Positions 54,706-64,000 of a DNA stretch of 64,000 nucleotides are shown here, piece after piece. This stretch comes from a virus. Lineage: Duplodnaviria > Caudoviricetes. A program made the translations under genes and the position numbers. Every line of letters begins with the position of its first letter. The first letter of the stretch is position 1. Where the stretch lies: IMG/VR virus record IMGVR_UViG_3300020045_008916, positions 1-64,000 of that record; one strand, written 5' to 3'. A model generated the notes under the pieces. It was not told the DNA's origin and searched no databases. It worked only from the letters and a program-made list of their open reading frames with translations.

Positions 54706-55200
54706 TTGAGCTTAACCGCTTGGTGGCTTTTTGCGTTTAAACAAAAATATATGGAAAAAGAAAAATTTAAGATTAATCTGTTTTGGGAAACACTGACCAA
54801 AATTGAGCTGAAAGAGTATGTGGAAGAAATGCATGAATATCTCTTAGCTTCGGATACAAGTGCAATCAAACAAATGATTATCTCCCTCAACAAACTATGC
54901 CTTACACTGCGAGATGACATTGAGAGTATTTCTGATGGAAATCCCAACCCCTTCGATTTACAAATACTTTCTTCAGACAAAGACGATAAGACCTTCGATA
55001 AACTGATGAAGATTGTGGAAAAGGTAAAATACTTCAAAGAAATCAACGAGATGGCTGAAACCTATAAACCAGAAATTCTTAAAAAAGAACAGGATGATGC
55101 AGCTAAGAGAGCAAAGGAAAATGGAACTGCTCTTGAAATAAAAGGAGGTAATGTATTCGAAACACTACAACTAGAAGCTATTAAGAAAGGAAGAACATGA
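54706..55200 (+). CDS. Possible terminase small subunit (start probably MEKEKF at 54751)
   Basis: Helical ORF overlapping the terL start. Confidence 0.4.
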   Translation: MSLTAWWLFAFKQKYMEKEKFKINLFWETLTKIELKEYVEEMHEYLLASDTSAIKQMIISLNKLCLTLRDDIESISDGNPNPFDLQILSSDKDDKTFDKLMKIVEKVKYFKEINEMAETYKPEILKKEQDDAAKRAKENGTALEIKGGNVFETLQLEAIKKGRT

Positions 55201-57254
55201 GAAGTGAAATGAAAGAGGGCAAGCTTTTTATAGAGGGGCTTGAATACATCTTTCCTGAAAAACCTTCACTTAAAAAGATTAGAAACTTTAAAACTCCAAA
55301 GAAACAGCAAAAATGGTCAAGGGTTACAGAGTATGAAGACTACGACTGGTCGGAAGGCTGGGAAGAGCGAATAGTTCTGGAAGAGAATGCCAAGCAATTA
55401 GAGTACCTAAGAGCCGAGCTTGACCGTCTTGCAAACGGGGAGTGGTTGTTTATTAACGGAGAGCTGACCTACTTTAACAACTACACGTATTTCTTTTTAC
55501 AATGGTTCATATTGGAAGATACTGGCGAGTATCCAGAGTTTAGGGATACCTCGCTCCACTATTACCGCTTTGTAGAAATATGCGATAAGGCTAAGCTCTG
55601 TACAGGACACACACTTTTAAAGGCCAGACGTTTGGGAGCTACATCAATGATTATTGCAAGGCTCTTACTTAAAATGTTATTGTCCCGAAACAAGTCTTTT
55701 GGTATTACATCCAAAACAGGAGATGATGCTAAAGTAGCTTTTGGTTTCTTAGTAAATGCTTTTCAAGCCCTGCCAGTATTCTTAAAACCCCAGACCGAAG
55801 GTAACGATGACCCGAAGAAAGTGCTTGCAATGAAAAAGCAATCTTCTCGTATCAAGAAAGACCAGAAAGTCGCAGGAGCGAGAGAGGGATTGAACAACAA
55901 GGCCGATTGGAGAGCAACAGGAATGAACACCTATGACTCTGGTGCCTTTGAAGATATTCTAGTCGATGAAACGGGAAAATACAGTAAGGACATTCCAGTA
56001 TCAAAATATTTAGGTGTCGTAACAAAATGTGTTAAAAAAGGTACACTTGTAACAGGAAAATTAGCCCTACCGACAACGGTAAATCCACCAGCTTTGGGAG
56101 GTAGTGAATATAAGAAAATTTGGGAAGGTTCAAATCAGGAAGATAGAAGTAGGTTGGGAGAAACAACTACTGGGCTGTACAGGATTTTTATTCCAAGCTA
56201 CTGTGGAGCTGCTGGTTATATTGGAGAGTTTGGAGAAAGTGTTTGGGATACCCCAACACCAGAACAAACAGAATTTCTGAAAACAACAGGATGTCCAGAC
56301 CCTTATATAGGGGCTAAGGAATATCTGCAAAGTGTTAGGGATGCCAAAATGGCCAAAGACCCAGCAGATGCGGAAGAGGAGATAAGGATGAACCCTTTTA
56401 CCCCTCAAGAGGTTTTCGATAGTGCCAACGATAGATGTCTGTTTGACTTGCAAGCTTTAATCGAAAGAGAGAAACAACTGAAAGAAGAACTTTTAAAGTT
56501 AGGCTTAGACCCAGATAAGGGGGAGTTAGGTAGAAGAGGATGGTTTGATAAGCACCCTAATGGTAGGGTAATGTTCCGAGACGACCCAGAAGGTTTGTGG
56601 TACGTTCTTCAGTTTTTAGAGCCCAACGAGTCCAACAGGTTTGAAATCAAGGGAGGAAAGCAAACGCCAACCAATGAAGAGCTAGGAGCAGCTGGGCTCG
56701 ACCCTATTGCTTCAGGAGATGCTACTGTAGATAAAGGCTCTGATGCTTGCTGCATGATACGTTCACGCTACAGCTCAATGAACCCAGATAGAACAGGTAT
56801 TCCTATGGCAATGTTTTTGGGAAGAATGAAAAGTCCTACCAAACTCAATGAACAGGTTTTTAATGGCCTTACCTACTATGGTATAAAAGTGTTGGCAGAG
56901 AGAGCTCCAATTTCTTGGTTAACCTATGCCGAGGACAATAAGCTCGAGAACTACTGTTATGGAACAAAAAGAAGTGATGGAACCGAAGTAAAAGGGATTT
57001 CTGCCTCAGGAGGTAAAGCGGTTCAAGATGAACATGCCGAAGCTCAGGTATTGGCCTCTCTTCATGACCACGATAAGATTGGTTTTATGAGATTGGTAAG
57101 GGACAGAAAAGCTTTCAGCATAACAGATAGAACAGACTATGATGCTGGAATGGCCGATGGTTATGCAAACATTGCTATGAAAATACCATTCAAAAAGCCT
57201 AAAAAAGAAGTAAGGGTTATTAAATACGTCAAAAGAGGAAGGGTTCTCACCTAG
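55197..57254 (+). CDS. terL: Terminase large subunit
   Basis: LKARRLGAT Walker A, ILVDETGK Walker B, GLDP and DAC nuclease motifs. Confidence 0.9.
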   Translation: MRSEMKEGKLFIEGLEYIFPEKPSLKKIRNFKTPKKQQKWSRVTEYEDYDWSEGWEERIVLEENAKQLEYLRAELDRLANGEWLFINGELTYFNNYTYFFLQWFILEDTGEYPEFRDTSLHYYRFVEICDKAKLCTGHTLLKARRLGATSMIIARLLLKMLLSRNKSFGITSKTGDDAKVAFGFLVNAFQALPVFLKPQTEGNDDPKKVLAMKKQSSRIKKDQKVAGAREGLNNKADWRATGMNTYDSGAFEDILVDETGKYSKDIPVSKYLGVVTKCVKKGTLVTGKLALPTTVNPPALGGSEYKKIWEGSNQEDRSRLGETTTGLYRIFIPSYCGAAGYIGEFGESVWDTPTPEQTEFLKTTGCPDPYIGAKEYLQSVRDAKMAKDPADAEEEIRMNPFTPQEVFDSANDRCLFDLQALIEREKQLKEELLKLGLDPDKGELGRRGWFDKHPNGRVMFRDDPEGLWYVLQFLEPNESNRFEIKGGKQTPTNEELGAAGLDPIASGDATVDKGSDACCMIRSRYSSMNPDRTGIPMAMFLGRMKSPTKLNEQVFNGLTYYGIKVLAERAPISWLTYAEDNKLENYCYGTKRSDGTEVKGISASGGKAVQDEHAEAQVLASLHDHDKIGFMRLVRDRKAFSITDRTDYDAGMADGYANIAMKIPFKKPKKEVRVIKYVKRGRVLT

Positions 57255-57256
57255 TG

Positions 57257-57287
57257 TAAAAACTATCAAATAAAATGATTAACTTTG
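57257..57287 (+). promoter_or_regulatory. Late-class promoter
   Basis: TAAAAACT-15 nt-TAACTTTG. Confidence 0.7.
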
Positions 57288-57314
57288 TAAACTAATAAAA
57301 ACAAATAACAGCTA

Positions 57315-59753
57315 ATGAGTACAACATACAGTATTGCGGGTGTCTTTCCTAACGGATTGGCACCCAAGTCTGTTAAGGACACGCACAAGTATGGGGAACA
57401 AGTTGCAAGTGCAATATTAGCTTCGACTCAGGAATACCGAGAATATGTAAGAGCAAAAGCTTTCGAGTGTAGAAAGTTTGTAGATGCCCGACAATCAATC
57501 AAGGAATACTTGGACGAGCTGGATATTGATGGCCAAAAGATGTATGCAAATATATCCTACAAGCCCAGACCTATTATACAGAAATTCTTAAAAGTAGTAG
57601 TTGACGGTTATATTCTAAGAAGAGAGTATCCGAACGTTACAGCTACTTCTAAGCATATCAAGGATAGGAAGGATAAGCGAATAGCAGATGCCGAGTTTAG
57701 AATGAACTACGGAAACGATATTGGCCAACTATCCCAAGAGTCTGGATTGCAATTGGAAGACCCCAAAGACTTCACACCCAAGTCTGTAGAAGAGCTTGAA
57801 ATCTACAAAACATTAAGCGATAAGGAGAGAGAAGAACTTTTGATGCAGGAGATGGTTTCTTTCGCCTTAAAAGACAACAACATCAAGGAAAAGAAAAGAA
57901 CTTTCCTAACAGAAACATTTGTAACATCCCTTTGCGGTTATTATAATCACATCGACGAGAACGGAAGGTTAGATATAACTGCCATTCAGGCAGAAGATGC
58001 CATTATGTCAGACTCTCACAAGAGTGTTATGACAGATGTTCATTACGCAGGACATTTTTTGCGAATGAAAGTTTCTGAATTAAGAAGTATTTTTGCAATC
58101 TCAGGAGCTAAGGAAAAAGAACTTTTCTCAGCTGCAAAGAACTGTCTGGGCAAATACGGAAATCCGTTGATGACTATGCGCTGGCAAGAAGATTACAGGA
58201 TGTCAGATGCCAGACCTTATGACAATGTGACAGTAGAGCTTTACCACGTATGGTGGAAAACCTCTCAGATTATAGGTTTGGCCGATGGTGTTGATGCCTC
58301 TGGTAAGAAAATTAGAAAAGCCAGCTACGATTATGATAGTGACGCTTGGAGACAGGAAAATGAAAGTCTACTACTAACCAGAAAGTTTCCACAGACCGCA
58401 TACGAAGGCTATTTTTTAGCTGCAAACAACATGTGTCTTGAATGGGGAGAGCAAAAGAATGTTCTAAAGAAAGGCAAGGATAAACAAACACTGTTATGTC
58501 CTTACATCTATGCCATGCCGTATAATAACGGAAACATGAAAACTCCATCTTCTGTTCACATCATTTTAGATAGCGTTCGAAACATGGACGTTGCTATTCT
58601 GAAGATTAAGCAGATAATTGTAAACATGGCTCCTGATGATATGATGATTGATTTAGACTCCTTACTGAACATTGATTTGGGAGATGGAGAACTTAATCCT
58701 TTGGATATTATTACCATATACAAACAGACAGGTAATCTATTTTGGCGAAGCAGACAAGAAGATGGAGATAAAGAATTTGCACCACCAGTAAGGGCAGGAC
58801 AGGCAGGTGTAGGTAGTAATTTACAGCACCTAATTACTTGGTACAATACAGAGCTCCAAAATATTAAGGAGTATTTAGGTATTAATGATTTTAGGGATGG
58901 TAGTGCTTCTCAGGCTAGAACAGGCTTTAGGTTTCAACAAGCCCAACTAGAGGCTTCAAACACAGCCACATTCTTTCTGTACGACTCTTACGTGAGTGCT
59001 ACAGAGGAGTTGATTAAACAGGTTGCTATACGTATCTGGGATGCCCTGCTTTACGGAGATGCCAACGAAGGTTATCTACAGTACATAGGAAAAGAAAACG
59101 TCGATTGGCTCAAGAGCAGAAAAGAAATAACTGACTCAAGCTATGACATAGAGTTTTCTATGGGGATGACAGATGCAGACAAGGCTAATCTTGAAGCTAA
59201 GATACAAGGTGCCATCGAAAAAGGACAGTTGGAACTACCTGACGCTCTTATGCTCGAAGATATTGAAGACCCTAAAAAAGCGTACAAGCTCTTGACGTAT
59301 GTCTACAATGTTAGGAGAAGAGAAAGAATGGAGGAAGCTCAGGCAAACCAAAAATCAGCAGCAGACTACTCTGCTCAGGCAGGTGTAGCAGTAGAAGAGG
59401 CCAAGCAACAGACAGCTAAGATTATGGCTGATTTGGAAATGGCCAAAGAACGTGAGAGAGGTAAGAACGCCCAGCTACAGTTATATCAAAAGACAGCTCT
59501 TGATTTATTAGTAGAAGCCTTTAAATCTGGAAAGGAAATCCCAGAAACATTGACACCTCTGATTGCATCGGCCTTAGAGCCTCTACAGATTAAAAATGAA
59601 ATGGATGCCAATGCCGCAGAACAAGAAATGCAGCAGATGGAACAAGCTCAAAATCAGCAAGCTATGCTCCAAGAGTTACAGTCCGCAGTAGAGAGTGGGG
59701 AGATAACAGCAGAGGAAGCACAAGAGATGGCAAGTGAAAATGGACTGGTATAA
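57315..59753 (+). CDS. Portal protein
   Basis: 812 aa, directly after terL, Gln/Glu-rich crown C-terminus. Confidence 0.8.
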   Translation: MSTTYSIAGVFPNGLAPKSVKDTHKYGEQVASAILASTQEYREYVRAKAFECRKFVDARQSIKEYLDELDIDGQKMYANISYKPRPIIQKFLKVVVDGYILRREYPNVTATSKHIKDRKDKRIADAEFRMNYGNDIGQLSQESGLQLEDPKDFTPKSVEELEIYKTLSDKEREELLMQEMVSFALKDNNIKEKKRTFLTETFVTSLCGYYNHIDENGRLDITAIQAEDAIMSDSHKSVMTDVHYAGHFLRMKVSELRSIFAISGAKEKELFSAAKNCLGKYGNPLMTMRWQEDYRMSDARPYDNVTVELYHVWWKTSQIIGLADGVDASGKKIRKASYDYDSDAWRQENESLLLTRKFPQTAYEGYFLAANNMCLEWGEQKNVLKKGKDKQTLLCPYIYAMPYNNGNMKTPSSVHIILDSVRNMDVAILKIKQIIVNMAPDDMMIDLDSLLNIDLGDGELNPLDIITIYKQTGNLFWRSRQEDGDKEFAPPVRAGQAGVGSNLQHLITWYNTELQNIKEYLGINDFRDGSASQARTGFRFQQAQLEASNTATFFLYDSYVSATEELIKQVAIRIWDALLYGDANEGYLQYIGKENVDWLKSRKEITDSSYDIEFSMGMTDADKANLEAKIQGAIEKGQLELPDALMLEDIEDPKKAYKLLTYVYNVRRRERMEEAQANQKSAADYSAQAGVAVEEAKQQTAKIMADLEMAKERERGKNAQLQLYQKTALDLLVEAFKSGKEIPETLTPLIASALEPLQIKNEMDANAAEQEMQQMEQAQNQQAMLQELQSAVESGEITAEEAQEMASENGLV

Positions 59754-59762
59754 CACCCCTGT

Positions 59763-59793
59763 TAAAAACTTTAAAAAATTTTACATACCTTTG
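59763..59793 (+). promoter_or_regulatory. Late-class promoter
   Basis: TAAAAACT-15 nt-TACCTTTG. Confidence 0.75.
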
Positions 59794-59819
59794 TAATCAA
59801 CAAAAAGGAAATAATAATT

Positions 59820-60905
59820 ATGAGTAAATTTCTTGAAAGTGTTTTGGATAAACAAACCACTCCTCAAGCTGTAACTCCCGAACCAGTACCAGCAGTTCCC
59901 GTAACGCCAGTAGCAGAGACTCCAAGTCCAGACCCGCTGATTATCGAAACTCCTGCTGTTGTTCCTGAGCCAGCACCAATAGTGCCCATTGTTGAAACAC
60001 CAACAATCGTGCCAGAAAAGAAAAAAGTTCAGGTAGATGTTAAAGAGTACTTGACTGGAAATAAAGAAACAGTCTTAAAGCTTTTACAGGAAACGGATTA
60101 TTCAGCAGTTAGACCAGAAGAGGCGATTAGGATTAAGCTCTTAAAAGAAAATCCAGAATGGGATGCAGAAGATGTAGCAGCAGAGTTGGAAACGAAATAT
60201 GGTGTAGGCCTCAAGGTCAAAGAAATTGACACCACAACGATGACCGACGACGAAATTACAGAAGCTGAAGCACACAATAAGCATTTGGCCTCTTTAAAAA
60301 GAAGCTTGAAAAAAGATGGAAATGTAGCCAAGACAGAATTAACTGAAGAGCTTCAAAGCTTAGAGCTACCCCTTTTTGAACATGAGATTGATGTAGAAGC
60401 CCCTGTAGTTCTTGATAAGAGTGCAGCCATAGCAGATTATCTTAAAGAAGGTCAGGATGCGCTAAAGAAAACAGTAGAAGAAGTTTGGGTGCCAGCATTA
60501 AGTGATGCTTTCAAAGGAGTTGAGAAAGTAACTGAAAAAGTTGTTTTCAAAGACGATGAAGGTACGGAACAAACATTAGATGTAGATATCACCCTCACCC
60601 CAGAAGACAAGGAAAAGATTGTTAGTACACTTGCGTACTATACTGCAACAGAAGAAGACAACAAGTATATGGATGCAGAAGGCAACGTAGATTATGTTAA
60701 ATTCTTAACAGACAAATCCCCAGCTGTTCTTCGGGAAAAGATTAATGCGGAAATTGCAAGACAATCAGCGGAGAAGGCCGTACAGGACTATATTAGGACT
60801 AAAGTTGTAAACTACAGTTCAGGCGTAAGAAACAATGCCACTCACGAACAAACAGAAGGAGACCCTGCTCGTGGTATCTGGAAATCTAGTAAAAACAGAG
60901 CATAA
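59820..60905 (+). CDS. Capsid scaffolding protein
   Basis: Acidic, Pro-rich N-terminus; lies between portal and MCP. Confidence 0.65.
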   Translation: MSKFLESVLDKQTTPQAVTPEPVPAVPVTPVAETPSPDPLIIETPAVVPEPAPIVPIVETPTIVPEKKKVQVDVKEYLTGNKETVLKLLQETDYSAVRPEEAIRIKLLKENPEWDAEDVAAELETKYGVGLKVKEIDTTTMTDDEITEAEAHNKHLASLKRSLKKDGNVAKTELTEELQSLELPLFEHEIDVEAPVVLDKSAAIADYLKEGQDALKKTVEEVWVPALSDAFKGVEKVTEKVVFKDDEGTEQTLDVDITLTPEDKEKIVSTLAYYTATEEDNKYMDAEGNVDYVKFLTDKSPAVLREKINAEIARQSAEKAVQDYIRTKVVNYSSGVRNNATHEQTEGDPARGIWKSSKNRA

Positions 60906-60940
60906 TAAAAACAAATATTAGAAAACTAAATAAATAACAA

Positions 60941-62281
60941 ATGCCACAAGTATTTCCAAATGGCTTTTCAACGCCAATGATTACATTACCAATCTTATCT
61001 AACTTGGGATTGATTAACAGCACTAATTACGATGGGTACGTCAAAGATTTTCCTGATTTGGTTAAGGACTCGTACATCATGGCCGCAGAGGCAGCAGGTA
61101 AGTTGAAGTATACCCCTCAAATGAAATTCAGACAATGGATTGATGCAAACAAACCAATGTCGGCTTTCAAGGTGACAGCAAACGTTTCAGGTTCGGCAGG
61201 TGCTACTGTAACTGTAACATTAACAGCAGCTTCTCATGAAGGTACAGGTAACACATTATCTCCTGTAGCAGTAGGCTTATTGTTCGAGAATGATGCGGAT
61301 GGTAAAGAGTATGAAGTAGTTGCAGTTAACAAAAACGTAGCAGGTGCTCACACAGCAGATTTATCTCCAACATCACTAAGCGTTTCTGCTACAATTGTTG
61401 CAACAACCGCCTACTTTAAGTGGTTAGGCCGCCCATCAGTTCAAGAAGCATCATTTCAACAAGACGGTACTTACGAAACTTGGGAACCAAGAGAGCGTAC
61501 GTTATCTATTATCCGTACCAACAAAAAATATTCTGATTTAGCTAAATTTGAAAAATTAGAATACAAAGGCGAGTCTTACTACGGTATCGACAAAACCAAC
61601 TTGGACAAACAACACATTCAGGCTACTGAGATGCAATTGATGTTCGGTAGAAAACGTGATAACATGAAAGCTGTTGGTAACGCCAACACAGAGGCAGAGG
61701 GCATGATACCTCAAATCTTACGTTGGGGTACTGACTTAACTGGTCAAACAACCTTAACCGACACTTTCTTTGAAGATTTAGCACGTTCTAACGATGGTGA
61801 CGGTTTCACTGACACCTATGACATCTTGGCAGAGACTGACTTCTCAATCGCTTGGCAGAATTACTTACGTAACGCAGGTTCAAACTTGACAGTTAACGTA
61901 GATATTGACAACGGAGAAATCAGAGGTATCTTTGACTTCTCAGATGCTGTGAAAATGTATGGTATCACATACAGCGTTAAGAAATATGCTTACTTTAACT
62001 CAGCCCGCACACACGGTAATACTGCTGGTGTAGGTTTCTGGTCTGGTGCTGCAATCTTCATACCAACTGGTACATTCTACCACTCAGAAGAAGGAGAGTC
62101 AATGCCATTCTACAGAGTACGTTATATGTCAGATGATGAAGGTGGAGTAATCAACCGTTTCACAACTGACGGTGGTTTAGTAGGTAAAAACACTACAATG
62201 AACGTAGAGTTGGCTTTAACCTCTTATAAAGGTTTAGAGATGTACCACTTACCATCATTTAAATTTGCTAAAATCGGCTAA
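60941..62281 (+). CDS. Major capsid protein
   Basis: 446 aa after the scaffold gene; ELMFG-like (QLMFG) and GMIPQI motifs; biased codon usage. Confidence 0.8.
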   Translation: MPQVFPNGFSTPMITLPILSNLGLINSTNYDGYVKDFPDLVKDSYIMAAEAAGKLKYTPQMKFRQWIDANKPMSAFKVTANVSGSAGATVTVTLTAASHEGTGNTLSPVAVGLLFENDADGKEYEVVAVNKNVAGAHTADLSPTSLSVSATIVATTAYFKWLGRPSVQEASFQQDGTYETWEPRERTLSIIRTNKKYSDLAKFEKLEYKGESYYGIDKTNLDKQHIQATEMQLMFGRKRDNMKAVGNANTEAEGMIPQILRWGTDLTGQTTLTDTFFEDLARSNDGDGFTDTYDILAETDFSIAWQNYLRNAGSNLTVNVDIDNGEIRGIFDFSDAVKMYGITYSVKKYAYFNSARTHGNTAGVGFWSGAAIFIPTGTFYHSEEGESMPFYRVRYMSDDEGGVINRFTTDGGLVGKNTTMNVELALTSYKGLEMYHLPSFKFAKIG

Positions 62282-62296
62282 TAACTGATTTTTAAT

Positions 62297-62328
62297 AGGG
62301 GAGAGCCTAAGAAACTTTCCCCTTTCTT
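62297..62328 (+). terminator. Intrinsic terminator after the MCP gene
   Basis: AGGGGAGAG...CTTTCCCCT then TTCTT. Confidence 0.65.
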
Positions 62329-62352
62329 ATTTTAGAACACAAAAACAACACT

Positions 62353-63186
62353 ATGCCACCAAAAGGAACTGAAAAACCCCACCCACTATCCAAAGAAGCA
62401 AGAGCTGTAAGAGCTCGTGAGAACTTTAAGATTGACCCTAAAAAATCGTACACGTTCAAAATGACGAACGGTTCTGAAGGTCTCTCAATTATTCCAAGAA
62501 CTCAGAGGGTATGGTGCGAGACAGAAGGAAAAATTAGAGATATTAGATATTGTAAGACTGAGGACTCACCGTTCGTAGATGAACAGACCGAGGGTGCAAG
62601 AGAAGAAAGACTACCCCTTTCTTTTTTCAAGGGAGAACTTACAATAGAAGGTACAGATGCTTCGGCAATCAAATACCTTATGGCCTCTGACCAGATTGCA
62701 GGTAGAAAAAGAATTTTACCTCAAAACGAGTCAGTAAGAGGTCGTTATTACCTTATAGATACAGAAGCAGATATTGAAGCGGCTCTTGAAGATGAAGAGG
62801 CAACAAACGAAGCTAAAGAAATTATCAAAGCAGCTAAGGAAGAAGATTTGGAAGCTTTTATCAGAAGCCAATTCCATCCGAGCAGCGAAAAGATTGCAGA
62901 TGCAAAATCTTTAAGATTGTATGCCTACTCGCAAGCAAAAGGCCACTCTGCCAAGTTTATCAAAGATTTTAACAACCCCCTTCACCAATTGAAGGCTAAA
63001 GTTCAAAAAATGTTTGAAGCAGGACTTTTAGATGATACGAGTGGTGTTGTATCCTACAAAGATACAAAAGGACAAATCCTAGTATATTCTGAGGGTAGAG
63101 CTGATGAGGCTTTAGCAAAATGGATTTTAGAGGGAAGTAAAGAAGCTTTGACCTTTAAAGAAGTTTTAGAAGAAAAGACCAAATAA
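62353..63186 (+). CDS. Structural/head-associated protein
   Basis: Follows MCP; IRYC...SPFVDEQ pattern. Confidence 0.6.
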   Translation: MPPKGTEKPHPLSKEARAVRARENFKIDPKKSYTFKMTNGSEGLSIIPRTQRVWCETEGKIRDIRYCKTEDSPFVDEQTEGAREERLPLSFFKGELTIEGTDASAIKYLMASDQIAGRKRILPQNESVRGRYYLIDTEADIEAALEDEEATNEAKEIIKAAKEEDLEAFIRSQFHPSSEKIADAKSLRLYAYSQAKGHSAKFIKDFNNPLHQLKAKVQKMFEAGLLDDTSGVVSYKDTKGQILVYSEGRADEALAKWILEGSKEALTFKEVLEEKTK

Positions 63187-63204
63187 AATTGGGAGTTAAA
63201 CTGA

Positions 63205-63238
63205 GCCACCTTTCTGTCACGGAATAGGTGGTTTTTTA
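63205..63238 (+). terminator. Intrinsic terminator
   Basis: GCCACCT...AGGTGGT followed by TTTTT. Confidence 0.65.
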
Positions 63239-63276
63239 GTTTTATACCCTTATCAAATAGTATGCCAGAAATTTAG

Positions 63277-63284
63277 TACTTTTG
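63277..63284 (+). promoter_or_regulatory. Late-class -7 element
   Basis: TACTTTTG with CCCT-TAT-CAAATAGT upstream at the same spacing. Confidence 0.55.
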
Positions 63285-63308
63285 TAATGTTAATTTAAAA
63301 ACCCAAAG

Positions 63309-63959
63309 ATGATAAATATTTATGAAAATTACAAATACGTAAATGACCTCATCTCTAAAAACAATGGAAGCTACATGTCTCCCGAGGAGTATTCTCGCTA
63401 TGCGGAAATAGCTTCAGATGGAGAGTTCTCAACCTTAGCGGGAGAAAAGAACCAGAATACTGCTGCTTATGGAAGAAGCCGAACCTTGGATAAACGTCTG
63501 AGAGTTTTTAGAAAAAGAGAGCCACTTAGTTTTGTAAACAGTATAGCACAAATTCCAACAGACTGTAGAATGGTAAGAGCCATTTCGACGGTAGATGGTA
63601 AGGTGGTGCGACCTCTTGATGAAGATAGAGAAGCACCTGTACTTAAAGACCCACTAGCTAAACCAGATATCAACGATATTTACTATGTTGAGGATGAAAT
63701 AGAGTATAGACTGTTGGGAACCATTAGGAATTTGGACTGTTTTATAGAGTACCTTAAACAGCCAGCCAAGCCAGTGTTTGGTTATACAACCATAAACAAC
63801 GGAAGAACCATAGTATATGACCCAACCACCTCTACGGATTTTGAATGGGAAGAAAGAATGGAAGAAGCAATCACGAGCAGAATACTAGCTCAGATAGGCC
63901 TATCTATGAACAACGGCACTGTGATACAGGTAGCCAATAACTCTATGGCAAAAGAATAA
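63309..63959 (+). CDS. Head-tail connector/ring protein
   Basis: Y..V..L..K....YMSPEEY pattern of crAss-like ring proteins. Confidence 0.6.
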   Translation: MINIYENYKYVNDLISKNNGSYMSPEEYSRYAEIASDGEFSTLAGEKNQNTAAYGRSRTLDKRLRVFRKREPLSFVNSIAQIPTDCRMVRAISTVDGKVVRPLDEDREAPVLKDPLAKPDINDIYYVEDEIEYRLLGTIRNLDCFIEYLKQPAKPVFGYTTINNGRTIVYDPTTSTDFEWEERMEEAITSRILAQIGLSMNNGTVIQVANNSMAKE

Positions 63960-63963
63960 GACG

Positions 63964-64000
63964 ATGACAACAGAAGAAATTATATACGCTCTTTGGAGAA
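63964..64000 (+). CDS. Next structural gene, truncated by the window edge
   Basis: ATG ACA ACA GAA GAA, open to the end. Confidence 0.5.
   Translation, partial: MTTEEIIYALWR

Noticed and set aside
272-63673. Many opposite-strand or alternate-frame ORFs in the track (e.g. 272..565, 10134..10574, 23722..23925, 26202..26507, 26244..26732, 45461..45964, 53164..53619)
   Set aside because: Shadow ORFs overlapping well-supported genes or arising from repeat periodicity, with no start context or motifs
1-64000. Stop-codon reassignment (TAG or TGA) as in some crAss-like phages
   Set aside because: Conserved genes are intact in the standard code and use TAG and TGA as normal stops, including ATGA overlaps

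Overview
A 64-kb stretch of a lytic dsDNA tailed phage infecting Bacteroidota, with a crAss-like/Flavobacterium-phage-like organisation. The evidence is the large terminase, 812-aa portal, scaffold and 446-aa major capsid gene set, two GroES-like genes, a DUF3127 SSB and many TAnnTTTG (-7) Bacteroidota promoters. Layout: plus-strand virion, lysis, tail and recombination genes (1-21.1 kb); a minus-strand cluster of small early-type genes (21.2-33.5 kb); a non-coding or terminus-like interval (32.1-34.1 kb); minus-strand middle and replication genes (34.2-49.5 kb) with primase, an intein-containing family A polymerase and an atypical tRNA; and plus-strand packaging and head genes (51.7-64 kb). 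The standout signal is not in the ORF track. Three self-cleaving ribozymes punctuate the early minus-strand transcript within 2.5 kb: a pseudoknotted type II hammerhead (31750-31814), a type III hammerhead that sequesters a start codon (31036-31086) and a type-P1 twister (29366-29444). The two hammerheads bracket about 710 nt of ORF-free structured RNA, and the genome also encodes an Rnl2-family RNA ligase, a HAD phosphatase and a nucleotidyltransferase. All RNA structures were paired by eye and all protein calls come from motif recognition; no database search was run.
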